From Octopus sinensis (lineage: Eukaryota), in assembly GCF_006345805.1 (NCBI RefSeq), contig NC_043014.1, positions 20,956,001 through 21,020,000 of the forward strand: DNA of 64,000 nt, given 5' to 3'. Shown one piece after another: positions 15,590 through 29,697 of the stretch (positions are counted from its first letter, which is position 1; every line of letters starts with the position of its first letter). The notes beneath the pieces are model-generated. The model ran no database searches and was not told the DNA's origin. It was given only the letters and a program-made list of their open reading frames with translations. Position numbers and translations under genes: made by a program.

Positions 15590-16400
15590 GATTTGAGCTG
15601 ATCACTGAGTTAAACTATGATGATGAGTGTGCTCAGCTAGCTCACACACATAGTAGCTCAATGTACCACCATCTCGATTGCCATTAAAACCAATGAAAAG
15701 ATGGACCTGACAGCTAACGTCCAAACAACTGAGGCCACCTGTCAATAGCACACAAGACCAGCCTCTTTCTCCCCATTACTTTCTCAGAGCAACAGCAACA
15801 GTCAACCACACCCTACCACTTCAAGTACCTCGGCAGCATAATTCTCAATGATTGAATTCTAATCAAGAAAATTCTAAACTGCTACAAACAGGCTTCTGTA
15901 ATTTTCTGAAAGCTCGGAAGAGTTTTCTTTTTAAATGATTATGTCATCCTCCATACCAAGTTTCTCGTCCAATGGACAGCATGTGTTTCTGCTTTCCAAT
16001 ATGAGCGTAAGATATAGACCATATACAGCCGTTACATAAAGGCTTTCGAGACCTTTAATGTCCAGTGTCTGTAGAAGATCCTTTCATTCTTATGATGACT
16101 AGTGATTGCACACAGAATCTATCAACTAATTAAAAACCACCCCACCCCACAGGAGCATCTAATCTGCTCTGATTCAATTGAAATCGCTTGGACAGATTGT
16201 GCGCTTTTCTGGTTTACGTCTCCTTCTTCGGATCGTTGACGACCACCACACCATGGTCATCATGCAGCTGGAGAGCCAAAGAACAGGTTCAAAAATAAAT
16301 CAAACTAGGCTTCAGCGACCACACTTGTAGAGGAGGATTAAGATATGGAGGAGAAATCCATTCAACACTTCCAGATGAGCCAAGGAAAAATGTTATGCAC
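15590..16400 (+). mobile_element. degenerate RTE-clade LINE, RT C-terminal region
   Basis: LNYDDECA, HFKYLGSII, QAS..F.KL, TKF..., GEPKNRFK motifs spread across shifted frames. Confidence 0.6.
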
Positions 16401-17459
16401 GCAGATTAATACCTAACTTCTTCAACCAACCGTTAGAGTGTCCCATCTATAATCGAAGTTGCACATTGGGGTGTGTGGTCATCAAAAGAATTCACGAATG
16501 AATTTGATGGACAGCCGCAAGTCGTAAGCAAGTGTATGTATGTGTGCGCGCGCGCGTGTGCATGTGCAGATGTGTATAAGTGTGCGTGTGTATATGTGTG
16601 CAAGTGTGTGAGCGTGCATCAATGTGTGTGCGTGTAAGTGTGTTGTTAATGTTCTTGTATAACCCTAGGTCAGTCCTAGAACAGACCAATGAATAAATAT
16701 AATCTAAACGTGACCATCAACGTCTTTTCCAAATATATATTATCCAGTGTAACCTCTTTTATCTATGACAGTTGGACGTGAATTGAGGAAGACTTACCTG
16801 TTATTTCTGCTAGTTGGTGAAACTACCCCCAAAGAGGCTCCTTCTGTATGTGTGTGTATGTGTGTTTGTGTGTGTGCGTGTGTGAGAGAGAAAGAAAGAG
16901 AGAGTATTTTTAGAGCAAGATTATTTACAAGGCCTCTGTTCTCTCTGTAGAGTAAAAAAGCTGGTACTACTTCGAACTGTATTGTCTGTTTTAATGCATT
17001 TGTTGAGAGGAAATTGCTTGTGACCGACTAGGGTGGAACCCAACAGAAGGTTTACCTCGCTTCTGTCCTATTAATTGCTATTACTGCTAAAGGAACTGGG
17101 GTTCAATAATGGTGGATTAGACTATGCAGAACTCAAACAGATTAGCTTTGAGTTTATATTACGTAAGTATTCGTGTGTGTGCGTGTGTGTGTGTGTGTCT
17201 GTGTGTGTGTGTGTCTGTGTGTCTGTGTGTGCGTGCGCGCGCGCGCGTGTGTACGTGTGTGTGTTACTGTAGATGCAAAACAACACCACACACTCACCTT
17301 CCGAGTTTCAGTTTCCATACAGTGTGTGCGATTCTTTGTTTACTCATCTACTGTACACTTCGTATTTTCTTTTAATATATTTTAATTAATATGTTATACA
17401 GCGCAGAATTGTACTGCATTTATTAATTTATTAATTTTTAAGCGTGAAAATGCTTATTT

Positions 17460-17642
17460 TACCACAGAAATAATTTAAATCTCCCCCCTCCCCGCCACAA
17501 AAAAAAACAAATACCTATCAGCCACAGGAATCCGCGATATACTGAGGAGTCCGCGATATAAATTTACATATATTAGCCAGAAAAATTCGCGATATACTAA
17601 CGGCGCGATGGATGAACCGCGATATGGCGAAGGATTACTGTA
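17460..17642. mobile_element. Tigger/pogo-like MITE terminus
   Basis: Ends ccgcgatatggcgaaggattactg-TA; four subterminal cgcgatat repeats; opposite end not found. Confidence 0.55.
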
Positions 17643-17952
17643 TATATATATATATATATAATGTAGGCGGCCCATTAGCAATTAAAACCTACAGGCAGTT
17701 GACGACGCGAGTTGCGCTTAACCCTAGGCACAGTAAGATCCACTGAAGAAAACTGAGATGCAATGCTTGAGAGTTCGAAATCACGTGATATGTGTATATT
17801 TGCTTCCTCACTTGTGAGCGTGTCTCACTACAGTACGTAGCTTTCTCGCTTCCTCTCTTTCGTCAACTTATTAAGATAATGCACTTTGTGGCTAACTGAG
17901 TCGTTTTTGACTCTTGTTTCTAGCAATGCTGGTACTATTTTGTATCCTTGCT

Positions 17953-18013
<61 letters not shown>

Positions 18014-18165
18014 CATATATATAATATATATACATATACATATATATATATGCATAAGATCATTTATATATATATATATATATATATACATACATATATA
18101 TAATATATATATATATATATATACATACATATATATAATATATATATATATATGCATAAGATCAT

Positions 18166-18199
<34 letters not shown>

Positions 18200-18801
18200 G
18201 AATACATGCATGCCAGTATGTAAGTGTATATGTGCGAATGCAATAATATATACGTATGTATTTGTACACATTGTATGCATACACTTTCAAGCATTCATAC
18301 ATACAAATAAACAAACTTACATAGATTCACAAACACAGAATTGTGTACATGTTAGTATATGTTTATATGTATGTGTTTATGTATGTGTGAACGTATCAAT
18401 GAATGTATGATTGTATATGATTGTATGTGCATGCAAGCAAGGAAGTTAGACAGAGGCAGCGACAGACAAATTGAGAGTGAGTGGGGAGGAAAGAATGAAA
18501 GAAAGAAAGATAGAAAGAAAGAAACACAGAAAGAAAGAAAGAAAGAAAGAAATAAAGAAAGAAAAGAAGGAAGAAAGAAAGAAAATTATGAATGGAGGCT
18601 TGAACAAACAACAAAAACAAAGGCAAAAAGCATAACAAAAAGCACAATAATAATAAAAGAGATATGAGAACGAAAATGGAGGAATAGAAAGTGACAGATA
18701 AAGAGAGGAAAAGAGAAACAAAGCTAGGGAGAGAGGGAGTGAGATAAGCTACACCTATCAAAGTGCTATTATCAAAAGAGTATTTAAGGAGTATAACTTA
18801 C

Positions 18802-20012
18802 TGTAATACAACATTTCTCTGGTTGAATATATTGGCACTTAACATCCAAGATGCAGTGCAATCACAGGTTAAATTTGTCATTGACAAACGTAAAACTTGG
18901 CTCCAGTTTAACATATCCCTGGGCAGTCTGTTAGCCGCAATGTCAATAATAGACGCTAATTTTAGTGATTTATTTGAAAGCGAAAATGCCAAGGCATCAA
19001 TATGGTGTAATTTTGGGTTGTTATTTAAATAGAGACTTTGCAACGCTGTAAAACCACTCTTCTTTGCAGTAATGTATTGTAACAATGGACAGTTGTTGAG
19101 TCGTAAGGTTCTGAGGTTCTTTTTTAAAACCGGCGATAAGAAATCAACATCCAGTTTCTCTAAATGGCTGTTGGAGAGATCCAGGTAACGCAAATTTGGA
19201 CCGGCGAAATTGGAACAAGGCAGCGATCGGAGGTGGTTACCGGCCAAATTCAAATGGTATAAATTATGTATGCGACTCAACGATGCACAGTGTAGTTTGG
19301 TCACGTGATTTCCGTTCAACAACAGTGTATTAATACGTGCAAAACAGAACAGTGACGGCGATATCTCTGTCAGAGAATTATGGCTTAAATCAAGCTTTTT
19401 TAAGCGGATAATATTTGCAAAAGACAGTGCGTGAAGTTTAGAGATATTATTATGAGATAAGTTCAAAACGGTGCACTTATCAAGGTTTGCCAAAGCAGAG
19501 GGTTCGACTACGCTAATGTGGCAATAGGAAAAATCGATTTCATAATGCAACCTCGAGAAATACGACACTATAAATACATTGTTTTTAATGATATATAAAG
19601 GGTTTCCCTTCAAAATTAGACGCTCCAGACTCTCCAATTTTTCGAACGTTTTCACCGTCAAACTGGTACCGGTGATTTTGTTATATGATAAATCAAGCGT
19701 TTTCAGTTGTTTGGTGTGTTCAAATGCCAGTGTTTCGATTGTAGTAATGTGGTTGTGAGAGAGATTGAGATAAATTAGTTTTGGATAGTCGATCTTACTG
19801 ATTGCAACGATGCGGTTGTGGTCAAGATAGATGTGTGTAGTGTTTCTGGGTAAATCAATCGGCAACAGCAGGTGATCTCTTGCAGTTCCATTGAAAATTA
19901 CCGAGACACTCGACTCGGATCCAGTGAAAGTAGATATGAAGACCAGCAAGAGAAACGTGAAGCATGTTGATCCAAATTGGGTGCACCAAAGTTGCGTCAT
20001 CAGAGCAGACAT
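18802..20012 (-). CDS. LRR transmembrane receptor, first coding exon (signal peptide, ~12-13 LRRs, first half of LRRCT)
   Basis: 404-aa ORF with LxxLxLxxNxI repeats (LIYLNLSHNHI, LKTLDLSYNKI, LKKLDLSHNSL...), hydrophobic N-terminus and LTCDC. Upstream acceptor tttttgacAG at 20036; downstream donor GTAAGT. Spliced product is 503 aa. Confidence 0.95.
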
Positions 20013-20169
20013 GTTGTATCAGAGACGTTCTGGTTCTGTCAAAAATAAAGTACAGATAGTAATTGCAACGGCAAAATTTCCCACATATATATGTTCGTAT
20101 ACACACACACAGACACACAAAGACACATACACAAACACATACACACATACACACACACACATACACACA

Positions 20170-20200
<31 letters not shown>

Positions 20201-20221
20201 TATGTATGTATGTATGTATAT

Positions 20222-20307
<86 letters not shown>

Positions 20308-20312
<5 letters not shown>

Positions 20313-20345
20313 GACTTACTACCAGCGTTGCCCGGTTAAAGTATT
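20308..20345 (-). mobile_element. degenerate Helitron-like 3' terminus
   Basis: accgggcaacgctggt imperfect hairpin followed by CTAC next to (TA)n. Confidence 0.4.
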
Positions 20346-21986
20346 CACGGAATTATTTACCAGTTTGTAGAATACATGTATATATATTTAACCTAACTTC
20401 TGGACTTATTTAATTGAAACTATACAAACAATAGTAATTAATTTACATGAGCAGAAGCTTTTTTAAAACAATTTTGATCCCGAAAATCACCTGTTATTTT
20501 TGTTTTAAAGTGAGAGGAGAAAGTGAAAGATGTATGAACGTGTATATGAAATGGACGTGTGTGCGTGAGAGAGAGAGAGAGAGAGAAAGTGCCACTTACA
20601 CATACATGAGAAGACACACGTTCGCTTACTCACTCACTCACACTCTCTCTCTCTCTCTCTCTCACACACACATGCTCACGTACGTCCAAAAAAGATGTAC
20701 GCATATGTATACAACACATCCCTACTCTCTCTTTCTCTTTCTTCCTCTCTCTATTTCTTTCTCTTTCTCTCTCTCTCTCTCTCTTTCACGCACACACATT
20801 CATTTCATATACAGGTACATGCATCTTTCACTTTCTCCTTTCACTTTAAAACAAAAGTAAATAAATAAACCATTTTCACGAAAATTAACGAACACCGGAT
20901 GATGAAATCACATTCAGTTAAAAATATTTCTAAATGATTTAAATATTGTGTACGTCAAAAAGTCGATGTTTCTTTATTTCTTTGGGAGTGCGAAGACTAT
21001 GTGTGTGTATATGTCACAGATAGCGGACATGTGTTTGTGTTGATTTACAATCCATGGCATTCATTATATGTGTGTGTATTCTGTATGTGTGTTGACATCA
21101 CAGAAGCCATGTTTTTTTCGTCAAGAAATAACAAGCAAAAATTGTGTTTAATCGTCTAAATAGAGGTCCAAATGTCATACAAATGTGTACTGCACTGCCG
21201 AAGGTAGGTGTGAAAATAAACCTATAAAACAAAATTATGATAAAAATATACTATTTCTGAGATATTTCAGTTATACACAAACATCCCTAGAGTTTTAGTA
21301 TTATACACACACACACACACAGAGTTATAGTGGTGCAAACAGGAAAAGTAGAACTCAAAATACGAGTATATGTATATTTTTATTAGTATTTAGCGAAAGC
21401 AACAGTGTGTATAGATATACATACATACATACATACATATACATGTATATAGGGTACATATGTATATACATATACATGCACACGTATGTGTGTGTGTGTA
21501 TGTGTGTGTGTGTATGTGTGTGTGTATGTGCACGCGTGATATATACTGTTTAAATATTACTTTTTTTTATTAACGCTTTATTATATTTCCTTATTAATCC
21601 TTTACGTTTAGTTTAAAATGACATTTCTAAGACCATGAATGTTTGTAGATATTTTCGGTTATATTTATGCATTTCTCATTGTCGACCTTTTTATAGCGGT
21701 CAACAGGAATCATTAGAACGATGTTTCTGATGATATCGTCATTGCTATATTTAAAAGGAAATTGACCTTTAACCCTAAGTTACCTCCGGCAAATCACTAA
21801 CTATTCTTAGTGTATTACAAGGTTGATGAATTTTTATCATAGTTTTTGGTTCGTATTTCGCTATCAATAAAACTTCCGTTTTAAATCTGATTGTGATGAC
21901 ATCATCAGTAACAGTATCATTATCAATGCTCATTGAGCTGTTATTGGTTGTGCAGTGAATGTAAGCAACAACAATAAAACTATGAA

Positions 21987-22059
<73 letters not shown>

Positions 22060-22062
<3 letters not shown>

Positions 22063-22465
22063 CTAGCGCCACAAATTTTGAATGGATGGGGCAGTTAGTC
22101 GATCTCCTCCACACTATTGCTTGAATAGTATTTTATTTTATCGACCCCGAATGAATGAAAGAAAAAGTTGATCTCGGCAGGATTTGAACTAAGAATATAA
22201 AATGCCATTTTGCAATTTGTTCGACATGCTAGCGATTTTACCAGCTCGCTGCCCTAATAGTAATGATGATGATAATAATTTTTCTTCTATAGGCACGAGG
22301 TCAGAAATTTTGGGGGTAGAAGACTAGTCAAGTACATCGACCCGAGTGCTAAACTGGTACTTATTTCATCGACACCGCAGGGGTTAAATTTGAGCGGAAG
22401 AGCTAAGCCCATAACATCGGGCCCAGTGATCAAGTGGTACTTATTTTATCGACCCTGAAAGGGTG
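22060..22465 (-). mobile_element. cluster of SINE family D fragments between (AAT)n runs
   Basis: Repeated atcgacccc..ggtacttatt..atcgac motifs. Confidence 0.7.
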
Positions 22466-22499
22466 AAATAATAACAACATCAACAACAACAACAACAGC

Positions 22500-22550
<51 letters not shown>

Positions 22551-22695
22551 CGTTTCTCTACTTCCTACCAGGTCCCATATGCACAATACAAAAACGTGCT
22601 TCAGAAAATGGGTTACAAAATACGTGGAGATATGCATACATTCATCATACATTTCAGAGTGTATGTACACGGGTTTGTTTGTTTGTTTGTCTGTG

Positions 22696-22804
<109 letters not shown>

Positions 22805-23739
22805 TTGATGGGTAGACGAAATGGAGAAAAATGTAATATAATCTATTGAAATAAGTTAGAAATGTATTAAAATGATAGGTGCAACCTGTCCACACGTGTG
22901 AGAAAATTAAACTACCCCACAATTCCCAAATCCTTCCCATTTGATCACTTTTATAAGTTGGATCCTCAGAATGTTCAAGTTTTAACCGAGCCATGAGAAA
23001 TCGCACCCCTATCTTCAAAGGGTACCTAGAATTCACTACAATAATCCGCTCAAATGACTGTAAATTTTAGATAATCTAGGTAGATGAAACCACATTGAAG
23101 ACATCGTGCATTTACTAGCTCTTAGTCTAGGCTCATTCATTTTTTATTATTTTTCTACTGTCTTTCTTTTCTTGTGGCCCCAATGGTTTTCCACATTTCT
23201 GCCACACGCCATCTCCTTACTGCAAAATGATGATCATGATGATGATCTCTTTTATTTGTCGCAGAGACATCAGATGAGAAGATATTTCAAGAACAGTTAA
23301 CAGTTTGTGTGAGGATTTACGTAAAAAAATGAGGGGAAGAAAGGGAGAGGAGAGAGATAAAATAAAATGTCCTGATACAGAGGAGTTTCCAGCTGGGTCC
23401 ACTCAAGGAACCTTGTGCATAATAATACTACTAATATTAATAATAATATTTATATACCGATATACTGCAAGTTAGCGAACCAGTCGTCAATTTTGTAAAC
23501 CATGCTGCAGCTAATCAGAGTGATGTTATTTTTTACTCTGTCGCTTCTCACTTTTAGAAAACCACGCATTTCGGCCTTGGTTACAGCTTTGGAAAGGCTA
23601 CCAAGTATATGAACACAGCAGTTGTTTGTTTCCTTGACTTTGCAGAAAAATGTAATATAGTTTAAGCTAAAGTGAATTAGAGTCGGATAATTTTAAATAT
23701 TATAGAATAGTTCGCAATGGGCGCAGGCGTGGAAGTGTA

Positions 23740-24125
23740 GTAAGAAGCTTGCTTCCCAAACCATATGGTCCCGGGTTCAGCCCTACTGTGTGACACCGTG
23801 GACAAGTGTCTTCTACTAAGGCCTTGGGCCGATTAAAGTCTTGTGAGTGGATTTGGTAGACGGAGGCTGAAAGAAGCCCGTCGTATATACGTATATCTAT
23901 ATATTTGTATGTGTTTTGTGTCTGTGTTTGTCCGCCACCACCACCGTTTGACAGTTGATGCGGATGTAGTTACATCCTCGTAACCTAGCTGTTCGACAAA
24001 AGAGATCGAGAGAATAAGTACAAGGTTTAAAAAATAAGTCCTGGGGTTGATTTATTCGACAAAAACTCTTCGAAGTAGTACCCCAGCATGACCGCAGTCT
24101 AATGACTGCAACAATTAAAAGAATA
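23740..24125 (+). mobile_element. SINE family A, older copy
   Basis: Head ggcgcaggcgtg, CORE-like segment and tail recognisable. Confidence 0.85.
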
Positions 24126-24649
24126 ATGGCAAATAATGTACACTACTGTAGAATAGTTTAGAATAGCATGGGAAAGGTTAGAACAGTATTGAATAATGTA
24201 GAATATTATAGAATGGATTATAGATCAAACGGTACACCGTAAAATAATTTATATCAGTGCAGAGACATTTAGATTTAAATTGTTTAGAAATGTGGAATAG
24301 CTTCAAATAGTGTAAAATAATAAAACGTAAATTCTTACCAGGCAGAAAGTTGGTCATATGTTTTTAGGTTGTTGTAACGGATGATCTAATTAATATGTGA
24401 CGAAGGACTGTTTCTCTTATCACCATCAACATTTTAGACATTGGAATTAGCTTTAAATCATTGTTCTTCTTATCAGCTGGCCGCTAACGCATGCATAGGC
24501 ACATGTATCAATGTACACTCACATACATACACACATAAACACGCACACAAACAGACATACATAAGTACACATTGTACACATACATACATACATACATACA
24601 TACATACATACTACATACATACATATAATATATATATATATATTTATAT

Positions 24650-24688
<39 letters not shown>

Positions 24689-24735
24689 ATGTATATATGC
24701 ATATATCAATATATCTATCTGTATCTGTGTATATT

Positions 24736-24769
<34 letters not shown>

Positions 24770-24989
24770 TGTATGTATGTATGTATGTATGTTATGTATG
24801 ATGTTGTATGTATGTATGTGTGCGTGTAAGTTGTAATGACAACTTATATATATGCATAAAACTTCTCTCTCTCAACACACACACACATAATACATACATA
24901 CATACATACATACATACATACATACATACATACATACATACATACATACACACACATACACACACACACACACACACATTAATTTCACT

Positions 24990-27230
24990 CAATTCGATAT
25001 ATCTGATTACTATACATCATTATCACCCATTCCTACTGGGTGAAGCATTAACCTTTGTCCGAAACTATGCAACCATTTCTGCATCTGACATAGACCTAAT
25101 TTTGGCAGCTAGAAAAACTCTCATCAACTTTAATGTTAATAACTGGACTCGAAACACATCGTCAGACATTTTCCACATAACAATGTGCTCATCTGACTCA
25201 GCCCAGATAATAGACCTTGTGGGCTTCTTTCTCCCCTCGCAAATAAATGTCTTCCCAACATTTCCGGTGGTCTCTATAGAGATGATGTACTTTTCGCAAC
25301 TAAAAATTTATTCCGTCCGGAGATTGAATGCATTAAGAAATCTTTTAATAAAATTCTTTACAAATCATAATTTAACTATTGTATTTGAAATGGATAATAA
25401 GGTAACCAACTTCTTGGATGACTCACTTAAGCTTAATACTAAACTTCACTATCCATATGGGAAACACAACTAAACCTTTCAGTACTTAAATACTCTCTCT
25501 AATCATCCTAGATCAACCCTCAATAGCACGGTAACGCCCGTTTCTATTAGAATTTCAAATTTATCTGCCAGTGAAGGGATATTCAACACTCATGCTCCAC
25601 ACTATAACCAAACTCTAAAATTAAATGGCTTCAACAATAAGATATTTTGTATCCCCGATACAATACTCAAAATTAAAATTTCCAATCTCTTTACGAGAAC
25701 TAACTAACAATCTAATATTATGGCCTCCTCTTTAAATAAATCAATTAAACGTATTTTTAAAAAACATTTACGGATATCTCCCAAATAAATAATGTGATAT
25801 TTAGGAATTATCATAAGTATAAATCTTATAACTCCGACCAACTAAATGAAATCAAATGTTAAAAATTTAGGAAACAAGAAATTATATAGTTCGCCCTACC
25901 ATTCTCTCTTCAGGTAGATCATTACTGAAACTATTTCAGAAAATTTTGAAAGAAAATTTCCCAAAACATCATAAATACTATCCTATCTTCAACAAGTCTT
26001 CTGTGAAACTCTCGTATTCCACCACACCAAGTTTAGGGTCGATTATACCTTCCATTAATAGATCCAAACTTAGACTTAAGAAGTCTACCCAAAATGATAC
26101 ACCAGACCACCCCTACCAGTTGAGGGCGCTCTGAGCTCATTTAAACGGAGGATTAATGCTGAAACAAGAAGAAAACATGTAATTGTCACATCCCGGACTC
26201 ATGTCCACTTGCTGGATCCTATCTACGCAGAAATGTAGTTTATAAGTACTGTGTAGAGATACCTGCCACACATAGGGTAAAGGTTTACAAAGGAAGTACT
26301 ACTGATTTTGGGCGTCGCTATAGTGTTCATTTGAATTCTTTTACTAACTTAAAATATAAATTCACAACAAAGCTAGCCTCATACATACACGAAGCCAAAG
26401 AATAAACAATATTCATTATCTTGGTCTATAATAAAAGAAGCCCCTCCGTATAATACAGTTACGCGTCTATGTAAATTATGTATTAAAGAATGTATAAGCA
26501 TTCTTCATCGATGTAACCCTACGTTATTGAATAAGTTCTCGAATGCTATGCACACTTGTAACCATAGATACTATTCAACATTTAAGCATTTTGATCAATC
26601 TAGATAGCTTGATCACTAAACTCTACAATTAGCTACATTCCACCTAATATTTATAATCGTATCCCATTCACCTTCTTCTTAGTGAATAATTACTTGCTTA
26701 TAATCTACCATATTTTCTAAATTTACTTCCCACAATTCTTGCTATAATATTTCCTCTTCCTGCTAACACGTATAGCTCTTTATAAAACCAAACAACCATT
26801 TACTCATTATGACAGTATTTGAGATGTGAATCCTTAACTAATAATTCTCCCTGATGAAGGAGGCAGTGTCTAAATTTTGGATAGGAATATCCTTTATTAG
26901 AATGGATTACTGTACCTTTGAAACGGCCGTCGGAGTATCACTGCTTGATTCTTGAAATTGGAGTACCACCATCCAATCATTGGAAATTTTACCTTCCATA
27001 TGGATGCTTAAACATTTCCTTATTCACCTTTCGCGAAGATTTACACTTTATTTTTTACTATTTCTTTATATCTTTTTAACAACGCTCTTAATCTGAAAGT
27101 AGGACGATGTCTTCAATATATAAGATGCTAAAATATCTTTATACATCAGTATAGTTTTTCTACCCATATATGCCTATTATATTTTTAGATATTTATGTAT
27201 CTGTAAATTTTTATTATTTTTTAATATTTC
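24990..27230 (+). mobile_element. 5'-truncated Penelope-like element (RT then GIY-YIG endonuclease, then 3' pLTR); 3' limit approximate
   Basis: AARKTL...FHITMCSSDSAQIIDLVG; VTNFLD..L; SNHP; NFPKHHKYYPIFNKSSVKLSYS; CNC..CP; VVYK..KVYKGST; CKLCIKEC..LLNK..CNH. Frameshifted; hammerhead motif at 26844-26938. Confidence 0.85.
26844..26938 (+). ncRNA. type-I hammerhead ribozyme motif in PLE pLTR
   Basis: ctcc-CTGATGA-A-ggaggcagt...actgtaccttt-GAAA-cggccg-TC-ggag. Confidence 0.75.
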
Positions 27231-27328
27231 AGTGAGTGATACATTAAATATATTTAATAATTTGCATGCACCGGTTTCATGGCTGTATTATTATTCTAAA
27301 TTATTGAACCCACTTGAATTCTCCTTAT

Positions 27329-27441
<113 letters not shown>

Positions 27442-27801
27442 ACGTATCAGATTGTCTACCCGAGCACTTCACACCGCTCTCTATATAATAAACAAAAAAA
27501 TAACTATATACTGATATATTTATATACATATGTGATCAAATTCAGCGCTGGTCATAAATATTGCTCACTGTATTTTCATAAGTCATTAGTTGGCCCAGGA
27601 AGATAATAAAAGATACCACATGGTTCAAAGCGAGTTTCTTAATACATATTTTTCGTAATCAATTAAACTATAATAGTCATTTCGTAATCAATTAAACCAT
27701 AAGGTGAGTTTGTTGATGGTACTCCAAATTATTGGCGGGTATATCTTGGGCTTTTTAGTTTCTAGATGAATATGGATAAGGACGAGGAGTTTTCTCTAAC
27801 C

Positions 27802-28128
27802 CAGTGGTTCTCAACCAATATTTGCCTATGGACCACTTTGATTCCCATTTTACTCAACGAGGATGGGTCCCACTTGACGTTCTATATCTAAAAGCTCCTT
27901 TTATAATTTAAGATAAAATATCATTATGAAAATGCTTAAATATTTTGTCTATTGTAGAAATATAACCGGCTTCTGGCACATAGATTTTAACAATGAAATG
28001 TTATATGGACTCCCAAAGATGAATATGGACTGCCCAAGACCAATATAGAACCCCAAAGTCAACATTGGACCCCCAAGTTCAATATGGACCCCACCAAAGA
28101 CCATATGAACCCCGCTTCAGAACCACTG
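27802..28128. mobile_element. hAT-type MITE with ~21-bp subterminal tandem repeats
   Basis: cagtggttctcaacc ... cttcagaaccactg; about six aatatggacccc-like units at 28000-28110. Confidence 0.75.
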
Positions 28129-28687
28129 CTCGAAACCTTCACCTGAATAAGTGTAGATATTAGGAATAAAGTTTTTTGAAAATGTTCGCAGAGAAAACAA
28201 CCCTGTCCAGAACGTGTTTCGATTGGTTGGCTTTATTTCCATCATAAAATGTAGACAATAACATGTAGACAATAACATGCTTTGCCTGCAACGTGACCTG
28301 ACTTCACCGATCAGAATCGGCCAGATCGTGTGTTGCGAACACTGCTTCAACAACTCTTCACATATATTCTCATTGGTCGTACGTCCTAATCATTTACCCG
28401 TAGACCGTACGATTAGTTATTTCCTTTCACTTGGAAGCATATATGATTGTATGCATGCCTATGTGTATGTGTAAAAGTGTGTGCGTGTTTGTGTGGCATG
28501 GGTCTATGTCTACGGTCACGTATATATGAGTATTATATACATATATGCACACATAAATATGCATATATAAATATATATGTGCATGCATATATATGAACGA
28601 GTATATATATATACACACACACACATATATACATACTATACATATATACATACACATATGCATACACACATACATATATATATATAT

Positions 28688-28731
<44 letters not shown>

Positions 28732-28852
28732 ATATATGCATGTATGTGTATATATATATATATATACATACATACATATATATATATATATTATATATAT
28801 ATATATATAATATATATTATATATATATATATTATATATATATATATATATA

Positions 28853-29697
28853 CACTAAGTAATTAAGGGTTTAGCAACGATTTGCCTCACCACACACCGA
28901 ATATAGAAATAGCAGTCAAAGAGTTTTGGCTATTCTAAGAATAGCCAAAACTCTTTGACTGCTATTTCTAAATTCGGTGTGTGGTGAGGCAAATCGTTGC
29001 TAAACCCTTAATTACTTAGTGTTACTTAACATTCTTTGAATGGGGCTTTTACATGCCGAACTCTACTTGGTGAAATTAATGATTATTCCAAATTAATTAA
29101 TTTCACCCTTTATTATTGATAATTATATTTCATCCCAGTAAAAAAAAAACTGTAGCATCTTATTTTTGCAGCACGCTGGCGGAAGGGGGATGGTGACATA
29201 CTTTCATTCACCCTTTGCATTTGGTGGTACTGGTAATGGCTTACGCTCGCTCTGATACCATGAGTTGAGGTGATGTCTTCTAGTGCCTTCAAATTTAATA
29301 CACAATTATTAATAATTGAGACGCAATTATTTATAATTGAAGTGTCCTACGCTGAAGAGGAAAATAGTTAGGTAAGACATAATTATTTAATTTTTATGCT
29401 CTGCTATGACTTAATTCCGAAACGTACGTCCGTAGGTAACTTAATATAGAATGATTGTCATCATTTCTTTCTCTTTTGCTTGCGTTGTTTGCTTTTTAAG
29501 TGCTGTGGTTTTACTGGGATCTCCCTTTTAAGTAGAAAGAATAGCCAAAACTCTTTGACTGCTATTTCTAAATTCGGTGTGTGGTGAGGCAAATCGTTGC
29601 TAAACCCTTAATTACTTAGAATTACTTAAACATTCCTTGAACTCTACTTGGTGAAATTTATGATTATTCCAAATTAATTAATTTCACCCTTTATTAT

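Noticed and set aside
27998-28115. ~21-bp repeats superficially like a CRISPR array
   Set aside because: No unique spacers; subterminal tandem repeats of a hAT MITE in eukaryotic DNA.
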